Positions 25,117 through 37,400 are shown, counted from the stretch's first letter. The stretch is 41,988 nucleotides of DNA from Catajapyx aquilonaris (GCA_000934665.2 KZ539144.1:1-41988); one strand, 5' to 3'. The notes: generated by a model not told the origin, from the letters alone. Translations and numbers: made by a program.

Positions 25117-26595
25117 CCGTCAAACTGGGTGAGATTGTGCCAGATGGAGTGAGATCATGCCAGCGCAATTTTTGGGACAACAACGCACCCTACTGGCAGC
25201 AGGCGTAAACTAGCGAAATTAGGCATATTCCATTACATTAATAAATGTTTAAGGTTGACAATCACGAAAAGAATTGGTGATTTGTTGCGATAAGGCCCGC
25301 AAAAGATATTATTGTTAAAGTTTTTATTTTCGTCAAATTTTGCACCTGGTGGAAGTGTATAGTAGTGGTTGCTGTGAGTGGCCGGTTGCTTCTCGTTACC
25401 AAGTAAGTTAATACCAGTTCGATAACTACATTATTGAAGGTAATAAATACGAATTGACGTGTTTAACTCTGAATTTGTTCTTGAGATATGACCCAATGAA
25501 TGAAAAAATTGCACTTGTTGGGGTGAGATTGTGCGAAAGGTTTTTCCCATTATTTCACTGATTTTCATGTGTGACAGTAATGGGAGGAGTTTACCTGAAG
25601 AAGATCTGTGGGAGGCTTCGGGGGAAATCAAGTCCAACATTCTGCGATGAAAAGAAAGTAGATAATTTGGATGTGACCAAAGCGACGAGACGAGGAATAC
25701 TGCAAACAGCGCCACTAGTCGCGGCGACAAAAGAGCGCATCGAACCTGATCTAACCGACCGCGACCGTGGAACTGACGAATAAAAATCGGATGGCCCACG
25801 TACGGCTCCCTTTTTCGAAGGTAAAAATTAATGCAATTGCATTTTTCCATAATGTTGAGCCAGGGACTTGGACAGATCATGCACGTGACTATAAACAGTG
25901 TGTTTTATCAAGGTGAAGGAGTTCAGGGGTGTCCTTGAAGTGCTTGTAAACATCGCTTGATTTCATAACTTGGCATTTTTATTGACGAATTGCTTCACGA
26001 CGGGGAAGAAACCGTCTTTGTTCTCCACGACACATTTAATACAGTCCATTCCTAATCACATTCATAGTTATTTAGCCGTTTCGTGGGAACATACCATGAG
26101 AAGGCTACTCTGACCAATTATTAGCCTTTTTCGAAGAAAAAAGTCTTATGGTATAGAACGGGTCTGTCTGTGTCTGTCTGTCTGTGGACAGGTATCAGAC
26201 AGACAGAGCCGTACTATATGACTTTTTTTCCGATTTTCGGGTTTCGGGTTCACTCTATCCGCCATTTCCACCTGGCTGCTCCCTCTCCCCACCACCTCCC
26301 CCTGACCTCCCAGTCCCCCCCACAGCCCCCTCCCTTTCCCCCCTCCCAGTCCCGTGACTGATGTTGGTGACAATAGCAGTAAACATGAAAAAGTATACTC
26401 TAATCACGCTCACGTGATTTGCCAATCTTGTTTTTCAGCTGTCTTATGGGTGATGTGTGGGTGGTTTTATGTGACGTTACAGTTGGTGTGCAGGAATAAT
26501 GTTGCATATATGAATTTTGTTCCAATAGATCAAAAGCTCTGATTTGCTCGTAAGAAAACCCTCAAAATGTGGCACAATCTCACCCAGTTTGACGG
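25117..26595 (+). mobile_element. 1479-bp internally deleted pogo-like DNA transposon with TA TSD
   Basis: TA|ccgtcaaactgggtgagattgtgcca ... tggcacaatctcacccagtttgacgg|TA (perfect 26-bp TIR). A decayed peptide at ~25573-25705 (GRSLPEEDLWEASGEIKSNIL / LDVTKATRRGIL) resembles the psq-type HTH at the N-terminus of pogo/CENP-B transposases (inferred by eye). Confidence 0.85.
26118..26220 (+). mobile_element. Probable Helentron-associated element (HINE/DINE-1-like) 5' fragment nested in the pogo-like element
   Basis: ttattagcc start, short stem-loop ctttttcgaagaaaaaag, then a (GTCT)n microsatellite at 26162-26185. This layout is typical of DINE-1/HINE elements. Confidence 0.45.
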
Positions 26596-26620
26596 TATTA
26601 CTGGTAAGACTTTGAAGGGA

Positions 26621-27500
26621 ATTAGGGATGGTCTGGTTTAAATGTGTCGTGGAGAACAAAGGCTGTTTCTTCCCCATCATGACGCGAGTCGTCAATAAAA
26701 ATGCAAAGTTACGTGATGTTTACAGACACTTCAAGAAAATCCCTGAACGCATTCATCTTGACAAATCACATTGTTTATAGTCACACGCATGATCTGTCCG
26801 AGTCACTGGCTCAAAATTATGAAAAAAAAAAATCAATTACATAATATTTTCCCCTTCGAAAAAGGGCGCGTATGTGGGCCATCCGATTCTTATTCGTCTG
26901 TTCCACGGTCGGGTCGGATCAATCAGGTTCGATGTTCTCTTTCGTCGTCGTGGCGCTAGCTGCAGTACTACTCTACTTATTGCTTTGGTCGCATCCAATT
27001 ATCTACTCTTTTTTTCATCGCAGACAATCATGTCAGCCATGATTTCTGCCAAAGCTTCCGACCCATCTTCTTCAAGTAAACTTTCCCCACAACTGTCACA
27101 CATGAAAATCAGTGAAATAATGGAGGGGGGGGGGGGAACTGGGAAAAACAGTGGCACAATCTCACCTCGTTAACTGCGCTTTTTTGGTAATTGCACCATG
27201 TTTCAAAAAAAATCGCATATTGAAGATGCTAATTTTTACGGACAGTATACCCATGACTCGTTTCCTATTCATTTCAAGCATTTAAATAGGCTGACCCAAT
27301 ATCACCCCACTCGACGGGGTGAAATTGTGGCACGGAAAATAATTGTATATCCCCGACCTTAGTATATTTTAAAAAAATCACGCTGAAAGGTGAGATATGC
27401 AGCAATGTTGGATAAAAATATTCGTTCCGATAAATCACTTACTCTGGTTGGCTTGCAAGAAAACCCTCAAAAAGTGGCACAATCTCACCCTGTTTGGCGG
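26621..27500. mobile_element. Rearranged second copy of the same pogo-like family
   Basis: 26621-27166 is a diverged reverse complement of 25522-26056. ~27405-27500 is a direct, diverged copy of the right end (~26500-26595) ending tggcacaatctcaccctgtttggcgg|TA. Head-to-head TIR-like motifs at 27291-27335. Confidence 0.8.
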
Positions 27501-27777
27501 TATAGTTTTTGTGAAGAATGTGGGTTAAGCGAATCGAAATAAAAGCAACCATCATTTACCAAAAATCACAATGCCTCTAATGTGTGTTAAAAATATTCCC
27601 ATCCCAACAAATAATTTCCTTCAGTTGTATTATTCTATACGAGGGTCGGACACTGTTGACTCTGTGGTGTTTCAACAATAAGGGAGGCTAATGATAGTTG
27701 CTATTAAACTGTCATACCGCTTCATTACATATTATAGTAAAATAGAGATACCGGTATTGAATAACTACTGAAAAATA

Positions 27778-28010
27778 CCGAAGCAGGTTGGTGTAGTGGT
27801 TAAGGAGTCCGACTGCTAATCGGGAGGTCCTAGGTTCGATTCCCTGGGCCGGCGATCCTGACCGTGGTTTTCTGTGGTTTATTCCCACGGTCCCCCCAGG
27901 ATAATTCCGGGGTGAAAGCTTCATAAAAAAATTGATAGGTAAAATGGTATTCCACCCCATTAATGGAGGGCCGATTTCTCCCCTTGTGGTAAAATAAAAT
28001 AATAATAAAA
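27778..28010 (+). mobile_element. tRNA-derived SINE (~233 bp) with 15-bp TSD
   Basis: Pol III A-box tggtgtagtgg (27789-27799), B-box ggttcgattcc (27833-27843), anticodon-like arm tccga-ctgctaa-tcggg, body gtggttttctgtggttt, A-rich tail 27991-28010. Perfect TSD AACTACTGAAAAATA at 27763-27777 and 28011-28025. Confidence 0.92.
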
Positions 28011-28429
28011 AACTACTGAAAAATAATGTATAACTGAACCGCTTTATTATTGTGGTTATACTAATTTTTTTATAAAATAAATACTCTGTCACCTTTGAAG
28101 TTGGCTAAATTAACACGTTTACATAAAACAAACAACGAGAACATGTGTTGTTTCCTCCTACTGCCACTATTTGTTACGTAATTTTCACCGCACCTACTTC
28201 ATTATAATTAATTATGCTGGATATTCCATATTAACACAGGCTGCATAATATGTATTTGCAGCATTAAATATATGGAATGTGTGCGAAATGAGCTGGAAGG
28301 TTCAGTAAATATTTGTAACAGGTAGTGGGACTAGTGGCACAGTAGCGTAATTGGGACAAGAAGAATATGGAAATGTGGGTTGAGCCATCCAAATCTCGTT
28401 TCTAACTCCAATTTCCTCTGCATTTTCAG

Positions 28430-28574
28430 ACCTCAAAAGACGGGAACACGACAACGAGCACCCTGTCCTTCGTTCCTCACGTAGAAGACATGGCAAAATA
28501 TCTGTCTTGTAGAGCCGAAAACCCCATAATCCCCAGCAGCTCTTTGGAAGATGGATGGAAGCTCGAAATTCAAT
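28430..28574 (+). CDS. Internal coding exon 3 of the Sidestep/nephrin-like gene; C-half of the Ig domain
   Basis: Acceptor tttcctctgcattttcag|28430 and donor 28574|gtgagt; 145 nt, phase 0-1. Translates [48 protein letters not shown]. Not in the ORF track. Confidence 0.93.
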
Positions 28575-29599
28575 GTGAGTACTCATATTTTACTTTGTAG
28601 TGGTTTCCTTTCCCATGAATTTGCCATAAAAACTCCCTTTCGTTGAGTGCCTTCCAGGACTCTGATTGGTCATTTACACGTTCCGATTTGGAATCAGAAT
28701 GGCCGCGTGCAGTGAAAGTCTATTACTCACCAAATTGTCGGAAAATGAATTTCTGGGTCGGAAAGTCGTTAATATTTTATACTTCTTGACTCCAATGGAA
28801 GCCTTCTGTAAACATGATGATGGCTTTGACTCTTTATACTGCCAGCAATAACACGTAGACATTGAATAGTTTCTTGGAAAAGGTATTATTTGCACAATGT
28901 GACATATCCCACGGGGACTTGCATGCAGCAATTTTGTTTCAGTATTTTTAGCTGTACGATTACAATCACGATTTACTACATTTCTAGTGTGTGATACGTT
29001 TCAAATTGGTCGCGTCAAATTTTTTTTCTCTGCCGGAGCGGTCCGTGCTTAACGAGCAACATTATCCAAATTCCAATCCATAACGGTAATCCTATTAGTA
29101 ATAGGCTTTGTTTCACGCAGAACCATTATTCCATGTGTCACAATGCTCACGAACGATGGGACCCAATTAATATGGTTGGATTATTTTGCATATTTTAGCT
29201 ACAGTCCCTACACCCTTACACCACATGATTTTTGAAAATATACATGCGCGATATTTGAAAATAAAATGTTCCATTTTGCTTTGTCATCTATATGAACCGA
29301 CCGTATGAATGATAACAAGGCATCGTCTCCAGGGAAGTCACTACCGATACGTGTTGGTTTCAATTTTCATCTATACTCATCACCTAGTTATTTTATTCTC
29401 ATGATTAAAACATACATTAAATCACGTTGATTTTCTCTCTTTTTGATCTTTCCTTTTTCTGTCACGGACTGTCACACTGGGATAGCTTAGTTTCACCAAG
29501 AGATGACGAGATGGGGGTGTCAGGTGGTGGACCTGGAAGGAGGATTCGTGTTGTGTAAAGTAGTCGTGAAACAGCCTCGAGTGAGTCCAATACAATAAA

Positions 29600-29900
29600 T
29601 AGGTTGTTGGCACCCTGTGTATTTTCCGATCCTGAGTGACTCTCCGGGGTCAGGAGAGATGACCTAGGTAGGTCAGATCTCAAATGGGATGCTTAATGGA
29701 CCATCGCGTCGCATCGTTCATGTCAGTGAAAATGCGAACCACTTGTCAAAATCTTATACTACACGTAATTTGCATAGACGAATGAATGGCCATTCTGAAC
29801 ATCGTGCATATAAAGGTGACCATGCTGTTGGCCCCGATAATGAAGGAACATGCGACAAAATGACAGTTATTTAGGATATGATGAGAGCGCTGGCGAATTC
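29600..29900 (+). mobile_element. Possible heavily degraded Penelope-like retroelement fragment (GIY-YIG region)
   Basis: Plus-strand peptides VFSDPE*LSGVRRDDLGRSDLK and TTRNLHRRMNGH...KGDHAVG resemble the PLE RT-EN linker (xFxxPPxxxxRRxxNLxDxLVRSxL) and the GIY-YIG T-x-R-x-L-x-x-R-M-N-G-H motif. By-eye similarity only. Confidence 0.3.
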
Positions 29901-32900
29901 CCGTAGGGAAAATGCCGCCTTTTTTCCCACAGCCAGCGATTAGCATAAAACCCTCTGGAATTCAGCAGCTACATGTGCCAGAGTGCATAATTTTTCTCTA
30001 TAGGTGCGGTAACACGTTGAGGGCTGGCGGTGGGGATGGTGTGGGGTGCAAAGAATGGAAATTATGATAACTTGGAGGGCGGCAACACAGCAGTCAAAGC
30101 GAGATGTGGTCGTTGTGTCAAAGCGATTGCGACGGAATGAGGATTGGGGGCGTAGGACACCACATCGTGTTTGGGGTCTCGTTAGCACTGTTACTATGCA
30201 AACCGGAGCCAGATTCCACAAAATTACACCGGCGATAGACTATTGAATTAAACTCTCCCGCTACTCAGAGTGCTTTAATTCCCCTTTTTTCAGCTATGAT
30301 ACAGGGTGTTCAAACAGAAGAACGCCTGAAGCCCTTTCACCGCGGTTTTGAGGTTGCTCTGTTGCGAGCATATGGGTAACAAGGTGGCAATGATATTAGT
30401 CTTTGTATGGACTCTCCATCACACGTAGAATGTGCACACTCTACTGGCAGGACTGACTTGTGGCAGAGTTGGTGGTACTCCTGGCCAACCAATCAATCGG
30501 ATCATAATGCCCATAATAATTATATGCTTGCATAAACAAATCAATTGCATTGGACTGTTATGATACAAGGTGAGCCATAAAGGTGTCGTTTTCTTTAAGT
30601 TGCCAAACCACCGTTTGGTAAATATTCAACCAACATTTGGATACTTTTAGAGCCAAGTGCTCTTAAACTTCAGCACCAGAAGCAACATTCTTAGCCTGAG
30701 AGAGTAATTTTGAACCTTAGTGTGTTTATGAACTCCGTCTATTCTTCAACGTTAGACGTTTTCTCCCCCCCCCCCCTTTTCTTCCTGGCACCCAGTATTA
30801 TTTTTTTCGTCCCCTTTTTTTAAACCATGGCGGCTCTCTTTTCCACGTAGTTCTTTTGTGACCTGCGCCTTTTCCCGTCCTTCGTGCGAAGCGATCATTT
30901 CCAGGAGCCCTGTTCCAAGATTTATGCCCGCCGGCAAACCCCCCTTAAAGGACATGTTTGGCCCCGCTCAGCTTTGGATTTATGGCGAGCCTTGTGATCG
31001 ACATTTTCCGGCTTCAGATAGGGATATTAATATTTTAGCGAGAAAGGCGCTTTTGTGCCCCTTCCATTTCGGGGAAACGAGATGGGGGGGAAAAGGAAAA
31101 GAGGGAATGAAAAAAAAGAAGAAAAGGGGGGAAAGAAAGGTCCACTGCCTAAGGTTACAAATGTGTTTGCCCCCTCGTCTCATAAGTAACCTTTGCCTCA
31201 CCTTGACACTAGCAGGGTATTGCGGGTGGGGGATTGGAGGTAAGGGGGAAATAAACAAATAAATGAGGGTGGGGGATGGGTGCTCAAAAAAGTCTTTGAT
31301 CTTGCGTAGGAGTTGTATGGAAGAATGGCGCACTTGACACCTTTGGATACTTACTCATTTTCACCTGCTTGTGGAGTGGAGGGTGGAAAGAAGTGTCTAC
31401 GTAGACGAATTTTGTGGTTATGCACGTTATCACTGGTAAATATGGAGAGGAAAGTTCGAAATACGTTTCTGTTGGAATGTGGTACCGACCGGTATGTCTT
31501 CTGAACCTTATCTCACAACCTAAGCACTAGGCTATAACAGAGGAAAGAAAGGACGACATGAAGATGTGGAGTTTCATTTTATGCCAGATTTCTCGTAAAT
31601 CATTATGAATGGCTGGAAAATCATTGTCTTCGTCAGCATCTTGCCACTGGGTCAGGGTATGGAGTAGAAATGGAATAGGGCAGTGGGTCAGGAACGCTCA
31701 GTTCTATTTTATCAGACATGCCACATATGTTCACATGTGTCGTGTTTGTGTAATTTTGTGTGCACAAAATATTACAGCATTTGGTAATGTAAAATTGACG
31801 TCCCATCGCAAGTTTGATTTGTAAGCAAATGACAGACGTCACTGTAGGGTGACATTATATTGACGTTCTACGTGCCATCCCGTCAAATTCAACATAATTT
31901 AACGTCAGATATGCACCTCATTACTCTGCAGCAATAAGTAACAGCGATGGTCCCCTGCGGTTACTTTGTCTGAAAGTGACTATTATTCAGAAATGCTTGC
32001 ACCTGACCAAATAGCAAGAGTGGATAGGGAAAGTTTTTCCTGTGTGACCAAAGGCTGCGGGTGGGAAGTGTAAGGTGGTGTAGGTACATCGCAGGCATTG
32101 CAATGCCAATATTGTGGAGGCAGAGGGAAATCGTGGGTTTGGTGTGAGAGAGGAAGGAATTCATCCCTTTCTCTCGGTGATGTATGTTTGCAATTACGCG
32201 GGGAGAATGCTGAAACCGCAGCCCGGAGGATTATGGGGCTTTTCCTGCACAGGTCCCTGCAGGGGGGCGATGCCGAAAATAACACCAAAAAAAAGAAGAG
32301 CGAAAGAGAGAAAAAGGGGTGAAGTATAGGGTTTGAGGAGGGAGATTGAGTTGGTGTGTTACCCTACGCTGCCTGTTTACGTGCTTAATTTTAGACGCTA
32401 GCTCCAGGTGGCGCCAATCCCGTTAATGGCGACCTCCCTGTAAAAAGACTGCTGGCCATGGCTGACTTGAAAAAAAAGATCTAATATATAGCCATTAACC
32501 ATCCCATCCACTGTTTACACGCTTTGGAAAGGACCGTGACAAATCAATAATAGGGTGAGGGTAGGTTTGGTAGGGGAGAACTGACCACCATCCGTTTCCT
32601 AGGACTGTCACTCGGGTGCGGTTAAACGTGCTCATTCGGTGGTCACAAATTTAATTGCCTTGACCAAACATTGTAAACGATTGATCCCTTTCGCTGGAAA
32701 AATAAATTGAAATCCCGGATACCCGGAGCGGAATTTGTCAGCGTGACCAGATGGGTTGTACAGGGTGAAGAGACATTGCTTCTGATACAGGTCGAGTCAT
32801 AAGTCGTTTCAGAACCACTCCAGTTTTCAGTGGTGGGAATATTATTCGGCTAATTTTTCAGGAACGCCTTTGAAGGCATGGTAGGAAAGCTTGTCTTTTC

Positions 32901-33258
32901 AACATTGGCTATTGTTAAGCAACAACTTGAACATTCTTTGTATACTGGAGTGAATAGGTGTGAGAGGCAGCTGATTTTCCAGCAACTTGCTTGAAAAGCC
33001 TTCCTCTCTAGTTTTTTCTCTCTGTATTCTCTACCCATACCCTCACTCACTCATTCTCTCTCCCCCACAGCCTCCTCACCCGATTGCCTTCCTATTGATC
33101 TCGTTTCGACTGAACCGTTTCCCTTACCATGGCTAAGCAAGGATTGCAATGCAAGGTGTGGGTGCAGAAACTCCACTTTAGTAATGAGCTTCACAAAATG
33201 CTACTGGCAGATATTGTCACATCTTGTGGTTAATTCGATGCGATTCTCATCATTTCAG

Positions 33259-33389
33259 ATACACCAGAATCTCAACTAATGTTGGGCCCATCGTTGAGTC
33301 CGGACACCATTAGGGAAGGCTCTGACGTCTACTTTGATTGCAAAATCAAAGCCAATCCATTGGTGTACAAAGTGGACTGGAAGCACAAC
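33259..33389 (+). CDS. Internal coding exon 4 of the Sidestep/nephrin-like gene; N-half of an Ig domain
   Basis: Acceptor ttctcatcatttcag|33259 and donor 33389|gtgagt; 131 nt, phase 1-0. T|AT=Y, then TPESQLMLGPSLSPDTIREGSDVYFDCKIKANPLVYKVDWKHN (IxEGxDVYFxCxIxANP motif). Confidence 0.94.
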
Positions 33390-34455
33390 GTGAGTATTCC
33401 CCATTTCCCCGTTTTGATTTTATCCCGCCTCGAAATTTATATCCGATTGAGTGGAGTAGGAGCTTGCAATCAGGAAGCCAGAACGCAAACAGAATTACTA
33501 AAGCCCAACTTGTCTCCTCCCCCTGGCACTAATGCTATTATTGTGGGGCCCCCATCATGATCTCTCCATCACAGATTTGTGTCGTGCATGCCCCGGAAAA
33601 ATTATTAGAAAACTGATGAAAAATTTCCAGAATGGTTGGATAGTCCACTTGGGTAACTTGATTAAGCACGAGAGAACCCTATGGGGGGGGGGGGGGGGNN
33701 NNNNGGGTTGGTGTGTGGAGGAAAAAGTTATATATACGAGAGGGCGTTGTATATTTCTTTTTTTACGAGCCTGCTATTTTGGCTTGATTGGCGTTGTCGT
33801 ATGGTGCAATATGAGGCATTAAATTTATGTGCGTCGAAGCCAGATTTAGAGGTGTGTTTTCTTGCACATTCGAGGGGCCTGTGATAAAAGCACTCGTTAT
33901 GCAGTAGTTACCTCAATATTTTTAGTGGCTGTACAGGATGGTGCTAGGGATGTTAGGGTGGAGTGATTTTTTTTTTGGAGAGGGGAGGGGAGGGAGGAGG
34001 AAATATTACACTGCTGGTTTTCGAGAGATTACGGGTTCGAGCTAGGTACTGAGTTCATACTTAGCTGTACTTAACCATGTTCATGGTAAATGTAATAATG
34101 AAATATGCGACCCCATTTATCCGTAGAGGATTTTTAAAATGCTGAAAGTGGGATAAGTTCTGACCAAATTTTAGTCTTCTCATGCTTTTGTGGAGAAAAT
34201 AAGAGTAAAATCAGCTTTCAAAAAGCCTCCCAATATTTAAGCCGCCTATCAGCTCTGGAAATCTATGTAGAAGCAACCATGCATACAGAACATTGCTGAT
34301 AGCAGTGATGAGTAGTTAAAGCAAAGATATTGTATAGCAAATTGGATGAAAGGAGTCTTTTGTGAAGAGTAAAATCCGCATAGCGGCTGTCATTCGGATG
34401 AACAATTGTGTCAGGGAAGTGATGTATCCATATACAGTACCTCAGGAAAGAAGAA

Positions 34456-34475
34456 CAAGGGGGTAAATCACTCGA
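34456..34475. mobile_element. Solo terminus of the CAAGGGGG-TIR family
   Basis: caagggggtaaatcactcga matches the reverse complement of the family right end (tcgagtgattacccccttg) with one extra A. Confidence 0.5.
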
Positions 34476-37400
34476 ATTTTAGCATGTAGTTCAAAGTAGC
34501 GTTATGCGAAATTGCCTTTGACGTCATGCGTAGAGTACACTAAAAACCTGTTACAAACATGGCGTGGTTAGGAAAAAGTGGCCAATGCAAGCTTGCCTCC
34601 AGGTGATATGAAAATGAGAGGAGATGCGATAAAAGTTATTACAGTTATTACTTTTAAAATTAGCGGGGCGTAAGCATATACTTTGTATGCTGTACAGTGC
34701 ATTATGCACATACAGTGCCCTGGGTAAGCAACTTTACAGTAGAATATTAGCCTGTGCACAACCCTAGAATGAACCGTAATATGCTGCATTAGAAATTTAG
34801 AATATGTAGCTGCTGGGCTTGCGTTCGGTGAATACAAGCTAGGATGAATGTTATTGAAATATGATAAGTCTTTGTGTGGTTATAAAGTCTGCATCAAATT
34901 TGAAATGTAACCATTTCATAATATTATGTCAGTCAAATATCAGTGCTCTTCATACAGTGCACAAGTACACGTCTCGTGAATAATAGAAATTAAGCTAATA
35001 CTCGTAAGCTGCTGTTGTAAACAAATATATCGACATGCGTAGTTATAACACACAAGGCTTGACAAGTGCACCATTATTGCATATATTCGAAATAGCATTT
35101 GTCACTGATATGTTGTGACATTAATCCGAATGTTTTATACTGCAAGAAAAGTGATGCAGCAACCAGTGCTCTTAGAAACACTATTGTTGCATACCTTTGG
35201 TGTGGATTAACCAGTAATACAATGCGGGTTGCAATAGGAAAGCGAATGGAACAAACAAAACAGTCCCAGTGCACAATAAAGTTGCACTTGATGTGGTTCG
35301 ACCATTGCGAGAGTTATAATTGTTTTTGTTTGTTGTTCTTGAACCAGCCTATTTTTGATTCGGAACTGCGGTTTGTCAGCACTATAGCAATAGAGCGGGC
35401 TGGATAACAGACGGCATAAAATTAAAACTAAAGTTGAAAGGGACAAAAAGGTGGTTGAAAATGTGATATGACCACGGTTGTGATCGAGCTCTATCAGACT
35501 GACTGAAATGGACAAGAAAATTGGGACGAAAAACAAGCCACTTCCGCATTGGAAGTCCTATGCATCCGTCGGACGCCCTCTCCATCATCCCTAGAGATAA
35601 TGAATGAATCGACCCAGTTTGCTGAGGAAACTTGCTCGCTCTCAATCATTCAGGCCAGCACCAAAGAGTGTTCCATGTCTTCTGCATTCTTTTCGTCGGC
35701 TCTCCCTATTGCAGCCAATGCCTTCAAAAGCTCAGGTTCCTTCTTCCATAATATGCTAGTTGGCCTGGGAATTATGCACTCAAACCCTGGTGGTGTTGAG
35801 ATTTCAAGTTGGGGGAGGTACTAGCAGATTACAGTTTCAGGCTCAGTGTCCGCCTCTGCATGCTTTCCGGAAGGTGCGGCTTATACAGCATTACAGCATC
35901 GTAAAAACCTGAAAGTAAAGTTTGAAAAGACGGATCCGGGTGCATTAGTGTGTGCGGCGCAAGGAGCAAGGCAGCCAGAGGAGTTTTGGAAACTTGCGTG
36001 TACTGTACTGAGGGGTGGAAAAGGGGGGAGGTGGGATGAGGAGGTAGGAAATGGTTTCAAGGGGTGGGTGGGGCAGGCTTTTGATGTTTGCTGCGCCGTG
36101 GCTCCGACCTAGCCATCCCTGGAAACAGTTTGTGCTGAGCTCCAACTTGCTTTACCCGATGTCGAGAACAATACGGCATCCGTCCGGAACACCGTCGCAC
36201 AATAAGCCACGCCCTTCGTGAAGCTCAACTCGGCCAAGCACACAATCTGCAGTCACTCACTTTGCTCCACCATCTTATCTCCTTTGGATTCGCCGACGAC
36301 TGCTGCCAGTGTTAATGACAAGTGGAGTACGCCAGGAGAACTACCCCCCTCTCCACCATCTGAGCTGTACACTATTTCCTTCCTACCCTCTGCCCACCCC
36401 CAGCATCCCCCCACTTTGCTGCTCTCTGGAGCGTTGGTAACGAGGCGCGCAGTGTCCACGGCCTGTCGGATATGTCTCAGCTCTTCACCGCTAACCGAAT
36501 TACAAGCCTCAAGTAATCCCTGCCGACTGGGTTTACTAGACAATCCTGTTCCCACAAACGGGGTAATTTATACTCAGGCAAAAACGTTCAATTGAGCATT
36601 TGGTCCTCTTCTTCGGCCCTTGGATCTTGCGTGCCGGAATGGCCCATGTCTTCAGAATACTTCTGTGCTGTGCAGGTGCTTCCCACAGGAGCTATCTGGA
36701 GTACAGTGTCGACGCCTGTGGGAGTTTCTAAACTAACGGTGATGTCAGATAGTAGTAGGGTTGGAAATAAAAGAGGTGCAATCAAATGTCCTGTTTGGAG
36801 GAAAGCAGGGGTCCGTGGTGGCCCAAGACCATCTGTAAACTGTTCCTGAACTGCCTTTGACGTCACGCAGAATTTTGCAATTACATCCACACACAACACG
36901 CCTGGTGTCTCCGGGCATTTCTCTTCAGGAAAGAATGCGCCCTTGCTATTGATTTATAGTGATGTTCAAATAACAAGAGAAACGTTGGCAAAATTTTTAA
37001 TAACGTATGATGAGAATGTCATTAACCATATCCCGTAGCGATTTATTACATTACACTCGACATTCGATTGGAAAGTGATAACCTATCGGATTTCACGTTG
37101 AATGATATTAAAAATGGACATAGCATGCTGCGACGTAGTATAGATTTCACGTTAGCACTCATTAGCATTCTGTGACATGTCATACGTGATTTTGTGCAGT
37201 ATGCTCTCATATGTGGTGGTAATTTTTGCAGCAATTGCCCCAGAGTTGCCACTAATCAACTAAAAAGCAAATGGAAAAGGTTACACTGCAAATGAGGTAT
37301 TACAGAGAAAAAATGTTAGGTCAATATTCTTTTCTCTTGTGCCATGGCATACTGTAGATCATGCGGACCATTGACTTGGAGTAACTTTTTCCCTTCTCCA

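Noticed and set aside
27783..27853. Functional tRNA-Ser(GCT) gene
   Set aside because: The acceptor and T stems are imperfect, there is no long variable arm, and it is followed by a SINE body, A-tail and 15-bp TSD.
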